Below are positions 1 through 10,090 of a stretch of 64,000 nucleotides of DNA, piece after piece (the first letter of the stretch is position 1; every line of letters starts with the position of its first letter). Both the position numbers and the translations under genes were made by a program. The stretch is from positions 4,936 through 68,935 of the forward strand of contig JACQPQ010000021.1 in assembly GCA_016207405.1 (NCBI GenBank), in the 5' to 3' direction. The stretch is from Gammaproteobacteria bacterium (lineage in GTDB: Bacteria; Pseudomonadota; Gammaproteobacteria; JACQPQ01). The notes beneath the pieces were generated by a model that had not been told where the DNA came from, searched no databases, and was given only the letters and a program-made list of their open reading frames with translations.

Positions 1-260
1 ACCACTTCGTCATGACACGCGACTGCTCCCCCACTTAAGCCCGTTCTTCCTCCCGATGGAACAAGGGGAATAGAATACTGGTTCGCCATTTTAACCAGCG
101 CTTGAATTTGCTCAATCGACCTTGGAAACACAACGGCTGTTGGCTTAGGTGTATAAACCTTTGTATGGTCCCGTCCGTAAACGGTTAAGGTTTCCAGATC
201 TAACGCTATATCTTCTTTGTCAAATAACTGACTTAGATGTTTTTTGAGGGAACCCCTCAT
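1..260 (-). CDS. FAD-binding oxidoreductase (GlcD/D-2-hydroxyacid dehydrogenase-like), N-terminal part; continues beyond the window
   Basis: Manual translation: MRGSLKKHLSQLFDKEDIALDLETLTVYGRDHTKVYTPKPTAVVFPRSIEQIQALVKMANQYSIPLVPSGGRTGLSGGAV. The PxAVVFP...VPxGGxTGLxGGA pattern is the FAD_binding_4 signature. The ATG overlaps the upstream stop (ATGA). Confidence 0.85.
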   Translation of the reverse strand, partial: MRGSLKKHLSQLFDKEDIALDLETLTVYGRDHTKVYTPKPTAVVFPRSIEQIQALVKMANQYSIPLVPSGGRTGLSGGAVACHDEV

Positions 261-730
261 GGCCTTCTCTCACCCAACCTTCTTTTTTCATACCGACCCA
301 TTAGTCCGGCTTTCGCTAAAATGTGGTCCTGCATAGCTGCCACCACCTGTTGTTTGGTCGACCGCGGGGCGAGGTGCAAAAGTGCATCTAAGGCATACGC
401 TTTGAAATAATACCGATGCTCTCGGTCAGGAGGACAAGGCCCAAAATACCCCGTTTGCCCATCAGTGCGGATCCCATGTATTCCACGAGGCTCTTCCCCT
501 GCTTTGATTTCTATTAGTGTCGGGGAAAGATTAAACACCACCCAATGATCCCACATGCCATCGGGACGAATTTGTTTGGGAACATCCGGATCTTCCATAA
601 TCAGCGCTAGACTCTTGGCAAGGGGTGGAACTTCCCGAATAAATAGGGGAGGATTGATGTTTTCTCCCTCGCAGGTGTATCGCATTGGAATTCTCTCGCC
701 CTCCCTAAAAGCCGGACTGGTCAGTTGCAT
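257..730 (-). CDS. YbhB/YbcL family Raf kinase inhibitor-like (PEBP) protein
   Basis: Motifs MQLTSPAF..G..IP..YTC.GEN, DPD, HWVVFN, GYFGPCPP, HRYYF. Start moved to ATG at 730, which has an AGGAGG RBS; the longer ORF runs into a REP. Confidence 0.92.
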   Translation of the reverse strand: MQLTSPAFREGERIPMRYTCEGENINPPLFIREVPPLAKSLALIMEDPDVPKQIRPDGMWDHWVVFNLSPTLIEIKAGEEPRGIHGIRTDGQTGYFGPCPPDREHRYYFKAYALDALLHLAPRSTKQQVVAAMQDHILAKAGLMGRYEKRRLGERRP

Positions 731-752
731 GGTTTGTTTCCTCCTATAAATT

Positions 753-780
753 GGTGGACCGCTCGCTTTGTCCACCCTAC
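753..780 (-). repeat. GTAG-REP, family A (GTAGGGTGGACAAAGCGAGCGGTCCACC)
   Basis: Identical to the copy at 42701-42728; GGTGGAC/GTCCACC palindrome after a GTAG tag. Confidence 0.85.
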
Positions 781-785
781 AAATC

Positions 786-1871
786 TTATCCCTTACCCCT
801 TTTTAACAAAATCGTTCCGAGCGCCTTGTGAAGTCTCCTGATGATCTTGTCTGTCATTACCCAATCGATGCAAGGATCGGTAATAGATACCCCATACTGC
901 AACCCTTCTCTTCCTTTTTTAGGGTCAAGACTCTGTTTACCCCAATTGAGATTACTCTCTAACATCAAAGCAACTATAGAACGATTGCCACCTAAGATCT
1001 GTTGAATAACGGCGTTTACTCCATTGACTTGTTTTGCTGGATCTTTGGCAGAATTTCCATGGCTACAATCTACCATAATGTTGGGGGTGAACCCCGCTTT
1101 TATCAAAGCATCCTCACAAGCAACGATACTCCCCACATCATAATTAGGACCCGTGTGCCCTCCTCGCAATACTAAATGGGTATAAGGGTTGCCTTTGGTT
1201 CGGACAACCGCAACCTTGCCTTCGGGATTCACACTTAAAAAATGACTCGGATATTTTGCAGAGCGCATCGCATGGAGTGCAACCTGCCAGTTGCCATCCG
1301 TTCTATTTTTGAACCCAACAGCCGAGGAAAACCCACTCGCCATTCTTCGATGGGTTTGAGATTCCACTGTTCTTGCCCCTATGGCCGTCCATGAAAAAAG
1401 ATCTTGAATATACTGGGGTGAAATGAGATCCAAAGCCTCCCCAGAGGCCGCTACTCCCATTTCAGCCAAAGAGAGTAACAACTGGCGAGCCAAGCTAAGA
1501 CCTTCTTCAATTTGGTAGGTTCCATCCAAAAAAGGGTCCACGATTAAACCCTGCCAACCCATTTCCGTTCTTGGTTTTTCAAAGTAAACGCGCATCACCA
1601 AAAACAGAGTGTCTCCTACCGCTTTGGCAAGCACTTTAAGTTTTTCGGCATACTCGCGTGCTGCCCGGATGTCATGAATAGAACAAGGCCCTACCACCAC
1701 AAATAAACGAGGATCTTTTCTATCTAAAATGTCTTTAATGACGTTCTGCCCTTTGGCAACCGTTCTGACGGCCTCTAATGTCATCGGCAATTGCTGCTTT
1801 AAAGCCTTGGGCGTGATGATCCGGTCTTCAGAAAAAACGTGAATATTTTCGATGTCGGATAAGCAAGTCAT
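786..1871 (-). CDS. 3-deoxy-7-phosphoheptulonate (DAHP) synthase, class I alpha
   Basis: Motifs [53 protein letters not shown]. Likely start is MTCLSD at 1871, because the longer ORF overlaps guaA. Confidence 0.95.
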   Translation of the reverse strand: MTCLSDIENIHVFSEDRIITPKALKQQLPMTLEAVRTVAKGQNVIKDILDRKDPRLFVVVGPCSIHDIRAAREYAEKLKVLAKAVGDTLFLVMRVYFEKPRTEMGWQGLIVDPFLDGTYQIEEGLSLARQLLLSLAEMGVAASGEALDLISPQYIQDLFSWTAIGARTVESQTHRRMASGFSSAVGFKNRTDGNWQVALHAMRSAKYPSHFLSVNPEGKVAVVRTKGNPYTHLVLRGGHTGPNYDVGSIVACEDALIKAGFTPNIMVDCSHGNSAKDPAKQVNGVNAVIQQILGGNRSIVALMLESNLNWGKQSLDPKKGREGLQYGVSITDPCIDWVMTDKIIRRLHKALGTILLKRGKG

Positions 1872-1951
1872 GGGAGTGTGATTATAAAGGAGGCGGTAAT
1901 CGGGTACAAAAGCTTCTTGTTGCAAAAGGTGAAACTGCACTACAATTCGGC

Positions 1952-3541
1952 ATGCTAGAAGACATTCATCATGGCCGTATTCTAATTTTAGATTTTGGGT
2001 CCCAAACCACTCAGCTGATCGCACGGCGCATTCGCGAAAGCCATGTTTACTCAGAAATCCATCCTTATGATATGTCAGAGACGGCCATTCGCGCTTTTAA
2101 CCCCAAAGGCATTATTTTGTCGGGAGGGCCTGAAAGTCTTACGCGCGAGACAGCGCCTCGCCCTTCACGGGTTATTTACGAACTGGGATGTCCTATTCTA
2201 GGCATCTGTTATGGGTTACAACTTCTGGCTGATCAACTGGGAGGAGCTGTCCAAAGCATACAACACCGCCGCGAGTTTGGGCTCGCAAAACTTACCCTGT
2301 GTACAGAATCAGAGTTATGGCGTTTTCTCTTCTCACCCTCCTCTAAAGGATCTCACCCCCTCACCGTATGGATGAGCCATGGTGACCAGATCTCAGAACT
2401 TCCTCCGGGCTTTCAAGTTATTGCGGGTACACAGAATGCGCCCTATGCTGCGATTGCTGAACCCAGTCGTCATTATTATGGCTTACAGTTTCACCCAGAA
2501 GTCACCCATACGGAGCATGGCACAGACATTATCCGACACTTCGTTCAAACCATTTGCCAATGCCAAGCCCTATGGACGCCCCAGCACATTATTCAAATGA
2601 TGAAGCAAGACATTCGTCATAAAGTCGGAAAAGAAGGCGTGATCTTAGGTTTATCGGGTGGAGTGGATTCAGCGGTTACAGCCGCCTTGCTCCATGCCGC
2701 ACTCGACCAAAATAAACACCTGCAACTCACCTGTATTTTTGTCGACAATGGTTTACTCCGTGCCGAGGAAGCTGAAGAAGTGATGGAGCGATTGGCAAGA
2801 GAGCACCCCATTCGCATTGTCAGAGTGAATGCTCACAAACGATTTCTCTCAGCCTTAAAAGGGGTAGTGGAACCAGAAATAAAACGCAAAATTATTGGAA
2901 AAATATTTTATGACGTCTTTGAAGAAGAAGCAGCCAAACATAAAGATGTCCAGTGGCTTGCACAAGGAACCATCTACCCGGACGTCATTGAATCGGCTTC
3001 TGCAAAAACAAAAAAAGCGCATGTCATTAAAACCCATCACAATGTAGGGGGCTTGCCTAAAACCATTCGGTTGAAACTCCTCGAACCCTTACGGGAACTC
3101 TTTAAAGATGAGGTTAGAAAAATCGGATTGGAACTCGGCCTTCCAAAAAGCCTCGTGTATCGTCATCCCTTTCCAGGCCCTGGGCTTGCTGTCCGTATTC
3201 TGGGGGAAATCGATGAGGAGGCCTGTAAACGTCTTCGAAAAGCAGACGCTATCTTTATAGAAGAACTCAAGAAAGCTAATCTTTACGATACTGTTAGCCA
3301 AGCATTCGCTGTACTCTTGCCTGTCAAATCAGTCGCCGTTATGGGGGATGCGCGGGTTTATGAACCCGTCCTCGCACTTCGAGCAGTAACCACTTCGGAC
3401 TTTATGACGGCAGCTTTCGCCAAACTACCCTATGCGTTTTTAGAACACGTCGCCAATCGCATTACGAATGAAGTCGAAGGGATTAGCCGAGTCGTTTATG
3501 ACATTTCGAGTAAGCCTCCAGCGACGATTGAGTGGGAATGA
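1952..3541 (+). CDS. guaA: GMP synthase (glutamine-hydrolysing)
   Basis: Motifs [52 protein letters not shown]. Confidence 0.99.
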   Translation: MLEDIHHGRILILDFGSQTTQLIARRIRESHVYSEIHPYDMSETAIRAFNPKGIILSGGPESLTRETAPRPSRVIYELGCPILGICYGLQLLADQLGGAVQSIQHRREFGLAKLTLCTESELWRFLFSPSSKGSHPLTVWMSHGDQISELPPGFQVIAGTQNAPYAAIAEPSRHYYGLQFHPEVTHTEHGTDIIRHFVQTICQCQALWTPQHIIQMMKQDIRHKVGKEGVILGLSGGVDSAVTAALLHAALDQNKHLQLTCIFVDNGLLRAEEAEEVMERLAREHPIRIVRVNAHKRFLSALKGVVEPEIKRKIIGKIFYDVFEEEAAKHKDVQWLAQGTIYPDVIESASAKTKKAHVIKTHHNVGGLPKTIRLKLLEPLRELFKDEVRKIGLELGLPKSLVYRHPFPGPGLAVRILGEIDEEACKRLRKADAIFIEELKKANLYDTVSQAFAVLLPVKSVAVMGDARVYEPVLALRAVTTSDFMTAAFAKLPYAFLEHVANRITNEVEGISRVVYDISSKPPATIEWE

Positions 3542-4132
<591 letters not shown>

Positions 4133-4320
4133 CGAATCAGCGGGAACTGCTGTCCGAAATTCAAAATGATTGTTATCTTTTTCAAAACATGATAAAACGT
4201 TTGAGTGTTTTTGGAAAAAGGTTAGAATCCAAAAACAGTGGCTAGCAGAAGGCAGCAAAAGGTATGTCGTAAAGCCTTGTTGCTAGTGGGTCTTTAGATT
4301 AAAAAATTAAGGGAGCAACA

Positions 4321-5586
4321 ATGAACCAAAATCTAAAACGAGTGGCAATCAGCCTGGTTGCCTCTGCCTTTGCTTTATCAGTTAGTGCATTTGCAGATGG
4401 CGAGCCAGGCGATAATAAAGGTCCCAATGCGGTACAAAAGGGAACGGATAAACTGTGGTTAAAGTTATCGGGTCAAGTCAACCGTGCGGTTTTATATGCA
4501 CAGACGGACACTACCGCGTCAACCGGAAATAATCATACGGACCAAGAAGTATTTCATGTGGATAATAGTGCTGCTTCTACACGAATCACTCTTGATGCAG
4601 GTAAATCTATCAACGATGACTTAAGTCTAGGTGCGACTTTGCAATTCCAAGTACAAGCGAACCCAAGTGACGGTGTCAACTTTGGTTTAGGAAAAGAGGC
4701 CTCAAAAGAAAGTGATTCTGAGGCGTCCTTCAAACAGAGACTTGCCGACATTTACTTAAAGAGCCACAAATGGGGAACTGCATCCATGGGTAGAGGTTGG
4801 ATGGCTGCAGCACTTACCACCTCTGTCGATCTTTCTGACACAGATATCGTTCTCTATTCAGGTGTTGGGGATATTGCGGGTGGCTTGGTGTTTGGAAAAT
4901 CAGTCGCCACTGCAACCGGAGGAGCCGCGGGAACCAAAGTAAGCCAGGCATTTTCCACGCTCGAAGCTTTTGCTAGGAAATCTCGCCTGCGCTATGACTC
5001 GCCTGTATGGAGAGGGTTCCAAGCTTCTGCTTCTTTAGCCGAGTTTGGAGACTGGGACAAGGAAGACCACAGTGATGCGGCACTTCGATATGCGGAAGAA
5101 CTGAACGGCGTTAAAGTAGCGGCAGCAGTAGGGTATGGCCGTGATAATGACAATAGCAATGTCTATGATTTTCATACTTTGACGGGTTCCGCTTCTGCGC
5201 TGCTTCCCAATGGCTGGAATTTCACAGTAGCCGGGGCTAAGAAAAGCCCCAGCAATACTTCCGGAACTAACCATAACCAAACTTTTTGGTATGGAAAGGT
5301 CGGATATATCTTCAATCCATTCCCATTTGGTAAAACTGCTCTTGCGGTAGACTACGGTAAGAATGACGACGTAGATGGTACGGTTACGGTTACTGGAAAT
5401 GTTGGTCGAAAAGGCAACGAATCTAAAGCCTGGGGCGCTGCGGTGGTCCAACACTTTGCTTCCCTTGCAACGGAAGGGTATTTGGCATTCCGAAACTATG
5501 ACCACGATCCCGACAAGACAGGGCGAGCTTCTGCTAAAGCCGAAGACATTCAAATCGTGATGCTCGGCGCACGTGTTAAGTTCTAA
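4321..5586 (+). CDS. Outer membrane porin (Gram-negative porin family)
   Basis: Signal peptide (AFA/D), KLSGQVNRAV...VDN...STR, RLRYDSP motif, amphipathic beta strands, C-terminal Phe (GARVKF). Confidence 0.88.
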   Translation: MNQNLKRVAISLVASAFALSVSAFADGEPGDNKGPNAVQKGTDKLWLKLSGQVNRAVLYAQTDTTASTGNNHTDQEVFHVDNSAASTRITLDAGKSINDDLSLGATLQFQVQANPSDGVNFGLGKEASKESDSEASFKQRLADIYLKSHKWGTASMGRGWMAAALTTSVDLSDTDIVLYSGVGDIAGGLVFGKSVATATGGAAGTKVSQAFSTLEAFARKSRLRYDSPVWRGFQASASLAEFGDWDKEDHSDAALRYAEELNGVKVAAAVGYGRDNDNSNVYDFHTLTGSASALLPNGWNFTVAGAKKSPSNTSGTNHNQTFWYGKVGYIFNPFPFGKTALAVDYGKNDDVDGTVTVTGNVGRKGNESKAWGAAVVQHFASLATEGYLAFRNYDHDPDKTGRASAKAEDIQIVMLGARVKF

Positions 5587-5605
5587 TCATTGTAATCGTT
5601 TTTCC

Positions 5606-5650
5606 CGTCGTTGCGGCCTGTGCTTCGCAAGGCTCGCAACGACGATTTTT
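5606..5650 (+). terminator. Hairpin plus T-run after the porin; probable terminator, CGTC-type palindrome
   Basis: cgtcgttgcg...cgcaacgacg stem followed by attttt. Confidence 0.6.
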
Positions 5651-5652
5651 AT

Positions 5653-5672
5653 GTAGGGTGCGCTTGCGCACC
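5653..5672 (+). repeat. GTAG-REP family B (GTAGGGTGCGCTTGCGCACC)
   Basis: The same sequence plus its tail (ttcttaaaat) recurs inverted at 56259-56289. Confidence 0.8.
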
Positions 5673-5692
5673 GTTCTTAAAATGAGGTAGTT

Positions 5693-5872
5693 ATGAAAAA
5701 ACACCGCACAGTCCTTGTTTTAATCGGCACGCTTTTTGCGGTTGCCCTGTACACGTCTTCCTGCGCGAATGTAGAGCGCAAATCTTTTACACCTCGTTCA
5801 CATGATGACTTGCCAGCAGGTAAGGGGCTTTTTACAGGTGAAGACGGGGAAGTTTTAATTTATTCGAAATAA
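5693..5872 (+). CDS. Small (59 aa) putative lipoprotein, not in the ORF track
   Basis: GAGGT RBS, then MKKHRTVLVLIGTLFAVALYTSSCANVERKSFTPRSHDDLPAGKGLFTGEDGEVLIYSK. It has a basic N-terminus, a hydrophobic stretch and a lipobox-like TSS-C. Confidence 0.65.
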   Translation: MKKHRTVLVLIGTLFAVALYTSSCANVERKSFTPRSHDDLPAGKGLFTGEDGEVLIYSK

Positions 5873-6898
5873 TTCTTTCTGCACTGCTATTGTACGTGCC
5901 TCATCGATACGAATAACTCCCTTACGAACAAGAGGAACGAGTGCCTGATCGAGCGTTTGCATTCCAATGCCTGCAGAGGTTTGAATAACCGAATACATCT
6001 GGGCGACTTTATCTTCTCGGATAAGATTACGAATCGCAGGGGTAGCGAGCAGAATTTCAAACACGGCCACGCGTCCTCCGCCTACTTTTTTCAATAACGT
6101 TTGTGCAATAACAGCCTGCAGAGCTTCTGACAGCATGGACCGAACCATATTTTTCTCTCCTGCTGGAAATACATCAATAATTCGGTCTACGGTTTTTGCA
6201 GCCGAGCTCGTATGCAAAGTCGCAAAAACTAAGTGCCCGGTTTCTGCTGCGGTGAGTGCAAGACGAATGGTTTCCAAGTCTCGCATTTCCCCAACCAGAA
6301 TAATGTCCGGATTTTCTCTAAGCGCTACTCTGAGGGCAGAAGAAAAATCGGGAACGTCTCTTAAAACTTCTCTTTGGTGGACGAGCGACAGTTTGCACTC
6401 ATGAATAAATTCTATGGGGTCCTCAACGGTCAGAATATGAAGATTCTTATGCTGATTGATATAGTCAATCATGCTGGCAAGCGTTGTGCTTTTCCCTGAA
6501 CCTGTGGGCCCTGTCACCAACACAAGACCATTTGGTTTGTTCACAATGTCGAGAAAGCATTTAGGAGCGCCTAACGCTTCAAAGGATAACATTTCAGAAG
6601 GTAGAGCCCGGAATGCTGCTCCAATGCCCCGAGCATGTCGAAACACGTTGATCCGAAACCGCGCCATGCGCTGAAGGCCGAACGCAAAATCCACTTGGGA
6701 TGCTTGCTTCAATCTTTCTTTCTCTCCTTCATTCATGATCGCATTCAACATCTTCTCGATTTCCCCGCTCGTTAAGTTCCCACCATCCATTTTTCGAATA
6801 TCGCCATCTACGCGGAGTAAAGGTGGAAGCCCTGCGGATAAAAATAGATCAGACGCTTTATTTTGAATGGTTGAAGAGAGTAAGTCTGTAAGTTCCAT
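5855..6898 (-). CDS. pilT: Type IV pilus retraction ATPase
   Basis: Motifs ASDLFLSAG, GPTGSGKST, TVEDPIE, LRENPD.ILVGEMRD, AETGHLV, AIRNLIRE. Confidence 0.98.
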   Translation of the reverse strand: MELTDLLSSTIQNKASDLFLSAGLPPLLRVDGDIRKMDGGNLTSGEIEKMLNAIMNEGEKERLKQASQVDFAFGLQRMARFRINVFRHARGIGAAFRALPSEMLSFEALGAPKCFLDIVNKPNGLVLVTGPTGSGKSTTLASMIDYINQHKNLHILTVEDPIEFIHECKLSLVHQREVLRDVPDFSSALRVALRENPDIILVGEMRDLETIRLALTAAETGHLVFATLHTSSAAKTVDRIIDVFPAGEKNMVRSMLSEALQAVIAQTLLKKVGGGRVAVFEILLATPAIRNLIREDKVAQMYSVIQTSAGIGMQTLDQALVPLVRKGVIRIDEARTIAVQKELFRIN

Positions 6899-6959
6899 AT
6901 TCAGTTATCCTTATTTTTAAAAGAAAACAACGGTTCAGCACATTTTAAAAACCAGGAAC

Positions 6960-7034
6960 TGTCATCCCGGGCAAGCGCCTTTTCATAATGCAAGTTTCAG
7001 AGAAAATCTTGCAAGGCGCGCGACCCGGGATCCA
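6960..7034 (+). repeat. GTCATCCCGG...CCGGGATCCAG palindromic element (CGTC/RPE-like)
   Basis: tgtcatcccgggcaagcgcc...ggcgcgcgacccgggatccag. Degenerate palindromes of similar style lie at about 7425-7448 and 7528-7568. Confidence 0.5.
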
Positions 7035-7149
7035 GAATTGAGATCTACAATCTGGATTGTATCTTGCAAATATAGACCTATTAAAAATAACTATACTGAA
7101 TAGGGCTATAGGAAGTAAGGAATGGATCCTGAGTCTGGATAGGTCTAAT

Positions 7150-7395
7150 AAGACCGTCGGGATCATAGGACCATTCCTTCATGGCCTTAACGCGAACGGT
7201 AGAAAGGTCTAAAAGGCCGAATGTACAATCCAGCGTCTATGCCTTAAGAAGAGGATAACACAAATGACAAACCTTACTAAATTTGATATGTATTGGGGAA
7301 TTGATATTTCAAAACAATGGCTTGATATTGCAGAGGGAGGAAAAGTAGTTCGACTTCAGCAAGATGAAGAGGCGATCCGACGATTTATCTTGTAA
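7150..7395 (+). mobile_element. IS110-family element remnant: non-coding left end plus a 43-codon truncated transposase (7264-7395)
   Basis: AGAGGA RBS, then MTNLTKFDMYWGIDISKQWLDIAEGGKVVRLQQDEEAIRRFIL*. GIDISK..LD is the N-terminal DEDD motif of IS110 transposases. The left boundary is approximate. Confidence 0.7.
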
Positions 7396-7810
7396 AACCA
7401 TTCAGAAATTTCTGCTGATTCGCCACCCTGTGGCTTGACCCATAGGGAACTGCACAAATAGAGACATTTAGTTTTTAATGTGAAATTTTCTAATCGTTCA
7501 TCTATTCCTCCTGAGTAACAAAAAACTCATTGTTGCTTCGCCGCGTTTCGCACGACTTGCAACGACGGAGAGGAAGGGGTAGGTGAACGCGGGGGATTTT
7601 CAAAGAATTAAAAAATAAGTATTATTTCAATCAAGTAAAAGCCATCCAATATGTTGTTGAATGGCCTAACCAACAAGATTTCAGCGCAGATACTTTGTAC
7701 CTATGTTCAAAAAGTAAACCTCGGCGGAAACAATCTCCCCAAAGGTCGCGGGAAAATAAGAAAGTGTAGCTTTTGTAGCCGACAGGGAGCGAAGCTGTCG
7801 AGTTTCGTTT

Positions 7811-7847
7811 TGTCGGATTTAAGCGCTTACGCTTGAATTCGACCTAC
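7811..7847 (-). repeat. GTAG-REP family C (GTAGGTCGAATTCAAGCG...AATCCGACA)
   Basis: Related copies at 14529-14563 and 42668-42700. Confidence 0.75.
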
Positions 7848-7926
7848 AATACTGGCAGCAAATATTCTACGCGTAATTTGATGGTCTGCGGACAAAACGG
7901 TTTTTGGTAAAAGTGACAGGGTTGGT

Positions 7927-8307
7927 ATGACAAGAGACAAACTTTCTGGATTTAGTTTGCTTGAAATGGTCATTGCTCTTTTTGTTGTGGGATTGGGTGT
8001 AGTGGGATTGCTGACGCTTCTTCTTCAAGGAATGGTTTTGATCTCGGATGTGGAATTGCGAGATAAAGCAGTCATACTCGCGCATCGAACGGTGGAAGAA
8101 CTGAAGAGCGATCCCCTCAATGGTCATGGGGTTATCGAGAAGGCGCGAGAAGAACTCGCGAAACTTTCCTTTCCAACAGGGAGTACTTTAGATGTCAGGT
8201 GGGATGAGCCGCACGTCCTAAAAATCACACGACAATCTAAACAGTCTTCTGAAGATTCAGATAAGGTACATGAAGACATTTACTATCAAATTCACTTCAG
8301 CCTGTAG
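7927..8307 (+). CDS. Type IV minor pilin, PilV-like
   Basis: Prepilin motif G/FSLLE followed by a hydrophobic helix ending GLLTLL. Confidence 0.8.
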   Translation: MTRDKLSGFSLLEMVIALFVVGLGVVGLLTLLLQGMVLISDVELRDKAVILAHRTVEELKSDPLNGHGVIEKAREELAKLSFPTGSTLDVRWDEPHVLKITRQSKQSSEDSDKVHEDIYYQIHFSL

Positions 8308-9241
8308 CCCTAAACGAGGCTATACCCTTCTTGAATTTGTTATAGTGTTAGCACTCGGTTCCTTCATATTATTGTCGCTTACGAAGTTGCTGACCAAAGG
8401 GCATCGTATTTTTGTGAATCAAGAAGAGCGAGCCATTCGAGAAGAAAAAATCCGCGCTGCTTTTTCCGTTTTAAGGGAAGAGCTACAGAATGTGGGGTAC
8501 TTAGGATGTGCCTCCCGTGAAAATGCCAAGCACTTAGTCAATCACTTAAAACCTTCCTTGGGCTTTGACCCTAAGCACTTGTTGAAGGTTGTCCAAGGAG
8601 AGAGCGGGGCGTCCGATACTTTAGAAGTGCGAAGAGCGCTCGAAGCGAGTTCTACAGACGTGATCGTGCCTGTAGAGCAAAGGGATCCGCATTTTTGGGT
8701 AGATAATGTCAACCCTGGATTTTTACAAATCGATCGTTTTGACGTGGTGGGGATCAGTAATTGTGAGCAAGCAGAAATTTTTCTTGCCCAAAAGGAGGGT
8801 TTTGCTCATAACGTTATTTATTATGCACAAATACCTGCTCCAGATGAGGACTTTGTTCCAAAAAACTATCGGGGCCTCCAAAATAAGTCCACTCATTTGT
8901 CTAATGCTTGGGATAGAGGAATGGTTCCAAAAATTTTTAAAATGCATACGGCGCATTATTCCATTGATGGAAGAAGTTTGCTTCAAAATGGCCAGGAATT
9001 GATTTCCGGTGTTACCAACTTTCAAATTCAGTTGGGAGTAAATGAGAAGTGTGATGGAAGCGTAGGGCTGTATGTTGAGCCTCCACTATCCAAATTTTTG
9101 GAAGCGTTCGATTTTTCCAAAGTAGTTGCCATCCGTCTTCAGTTAACTTTTCAAGGAAAAGACTCAGCACCCGTTACTGTGACCGATACCGTCCAATTAA
9201 GGAATTCGAAATGCGGGCCTTTATCTATCGATACTGGTTGA
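8270..9241 (+). CDS. Type IV minor pilin, PilW-like
   Basis: G/YTLLE prepilin motif, QE..R.A...L..EL..GYLGC, ISNC, ELISGV.NFQIQ.G, V.AIRL.L, LRN near the C-terminus. Confidence 0.85.
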   Translation: MKTFTIKFTSACSPKRGYTLLEFVIVLALGSFILLSLTKLLTKGHRIFVNQEERAIREEKIRAAFSVLREELQNVGYLGCASRENAKHLVNHLKPSLGFDPKHLLKVVQGESGASDTLEVRRALEASSTDVIVPVEQRDPHFWVDNVNPGFLQIDRFDVVGISNCEQAEIFLAQKEGFAHNVIYYAQIPAPDEDFVPKNYRGLQNKSTHLSNAWDRGMVPKIFKMHTAHYSIDGRSLLQNGQELISGVTNFQIQLGVNEKCDGSVGLYVEPPLSKFLEAFDFSKVVAIRLQLTFQGKDSAPVTVTDTVQLRNSKCGPLSIDTG

Positions 9242-10070
9242 TGGCATTGCGAAGCTTTTCCGTTTCGCGGCGAGCGGCTTCTGCGAAGTTGGCGCCCTTT
9301 GCGGCGAAGATAATGTTGCGTGAGGAGTTGATGATAATGCCCTGACTGCGGCTATCTTTGCCGGCAGAGACAGTCTTCTCCAGATCACCGCCTTGTGCAC
9401 CAATGCCAGGAATAAGAATCGGCATATCGTCGACGAGTTTTCGGACTTCGCGGAGTTCTTCGGGAACCGTTGCGCCGACGACGAGCGCGCAGTTGCTATT
9501 CTTGTTCCACTTACTTGCGACGTGGCGAGCAATAAAGCGATAAAGCGGTTCGCTGTTTACGAGTAAGTCCTGAAACTCCCCTGCGCCTCTATTAGATGTG
9601 CGGCAGAGAACAATGATGCCTTTGTCCGCTCGTGCGAGAAATGGCTGCAGCGCTTCGGCTCCCAGATAGGGATGGACGGTGATCGCATCGGCTTGCAAAA
9701 AATCAAACGCCGCATTCACATATCCCGCGTTGGTATTGCCGATGTCTGCACGCTTGGCGTCGAGGATGACCGGGACGTCGGGAGCTCTGAGATGGATATC
9801 CAGGATGGTTCTGTGTAGAGCCCGAATGCCTTCATCACCATGCGCCTCATAAAATGCAATGTTTGGTTTGTACGCACACACCAGGTCCTGGGTTGCTTCT
9901 ACAATCGCCCTATTGAACGCGATGAGCGTACTCTCGACATTTCCCTTAGACTTTGCGTTTCGGCGTATGGATTCTGGGATCTTGCTGAACTCACTGTCGA
10001 GTCCAACTGAAACAAAGTTGCCGCGAGACCATTGAGCCTCCAGCATTTGTCGAAAATTTTGGTTTCGCAT
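9225..10070 (-). CDS. pyrF: Orotidine-5'-phosphate decarboxylase (subfamily 2 type)
   Basis: Motifs VGLD, AYKPNIAFYE, ILDAKRADIGNT, PYLG, LCRTSN, VVGAT, LIPGIGAQGG, NSSR. Confidence 0.96.
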   Translation of the reverse strand: MRNQNFRQMLEAQWSRGNFVSVGLDSEFSKIPESIRRNAKSKGNVESTLIAFNRAIVEATQDLVCAYKPNIAFYEAHGDEGIRALHRTILDIHLRAPDVPVILDAKRADIGNTNAGYVNAAFDFLQADAITVHPYLGAEALQPFLARADKGIIVLCRTSNRGAGEFQDLLVNSEPLYRFIARHVASKWNKNSNCALVVGATVPEELREVRKLVDDMPILIPGIGAQGGDLEKTVSAGKDSRSQGIIINSSRNIIFAAKGANFAEAARRETEKLRNAINQYR

Positions 10071-10090
10071 GAAAGTTCCCTCCTTAGCCC

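Noticed and set aside
1872..2024. N-terminal extension of DAHP synthase overlapping guaA
   Set aside because: An artefact of longest-ORF calling; family similarity starts near Met 1871.
4160..4182. Possible Fur box upstream of the porin (gataacaatcatt on the minus strand)
   Set aside because: Only about 12 of 19 positions match, in AT-rich DNA.
6945..7836. Short ORFs 6945-7166 and 7651-7836
   Set aside because: They overlap palindromic repeats and show no recognisable motifs.
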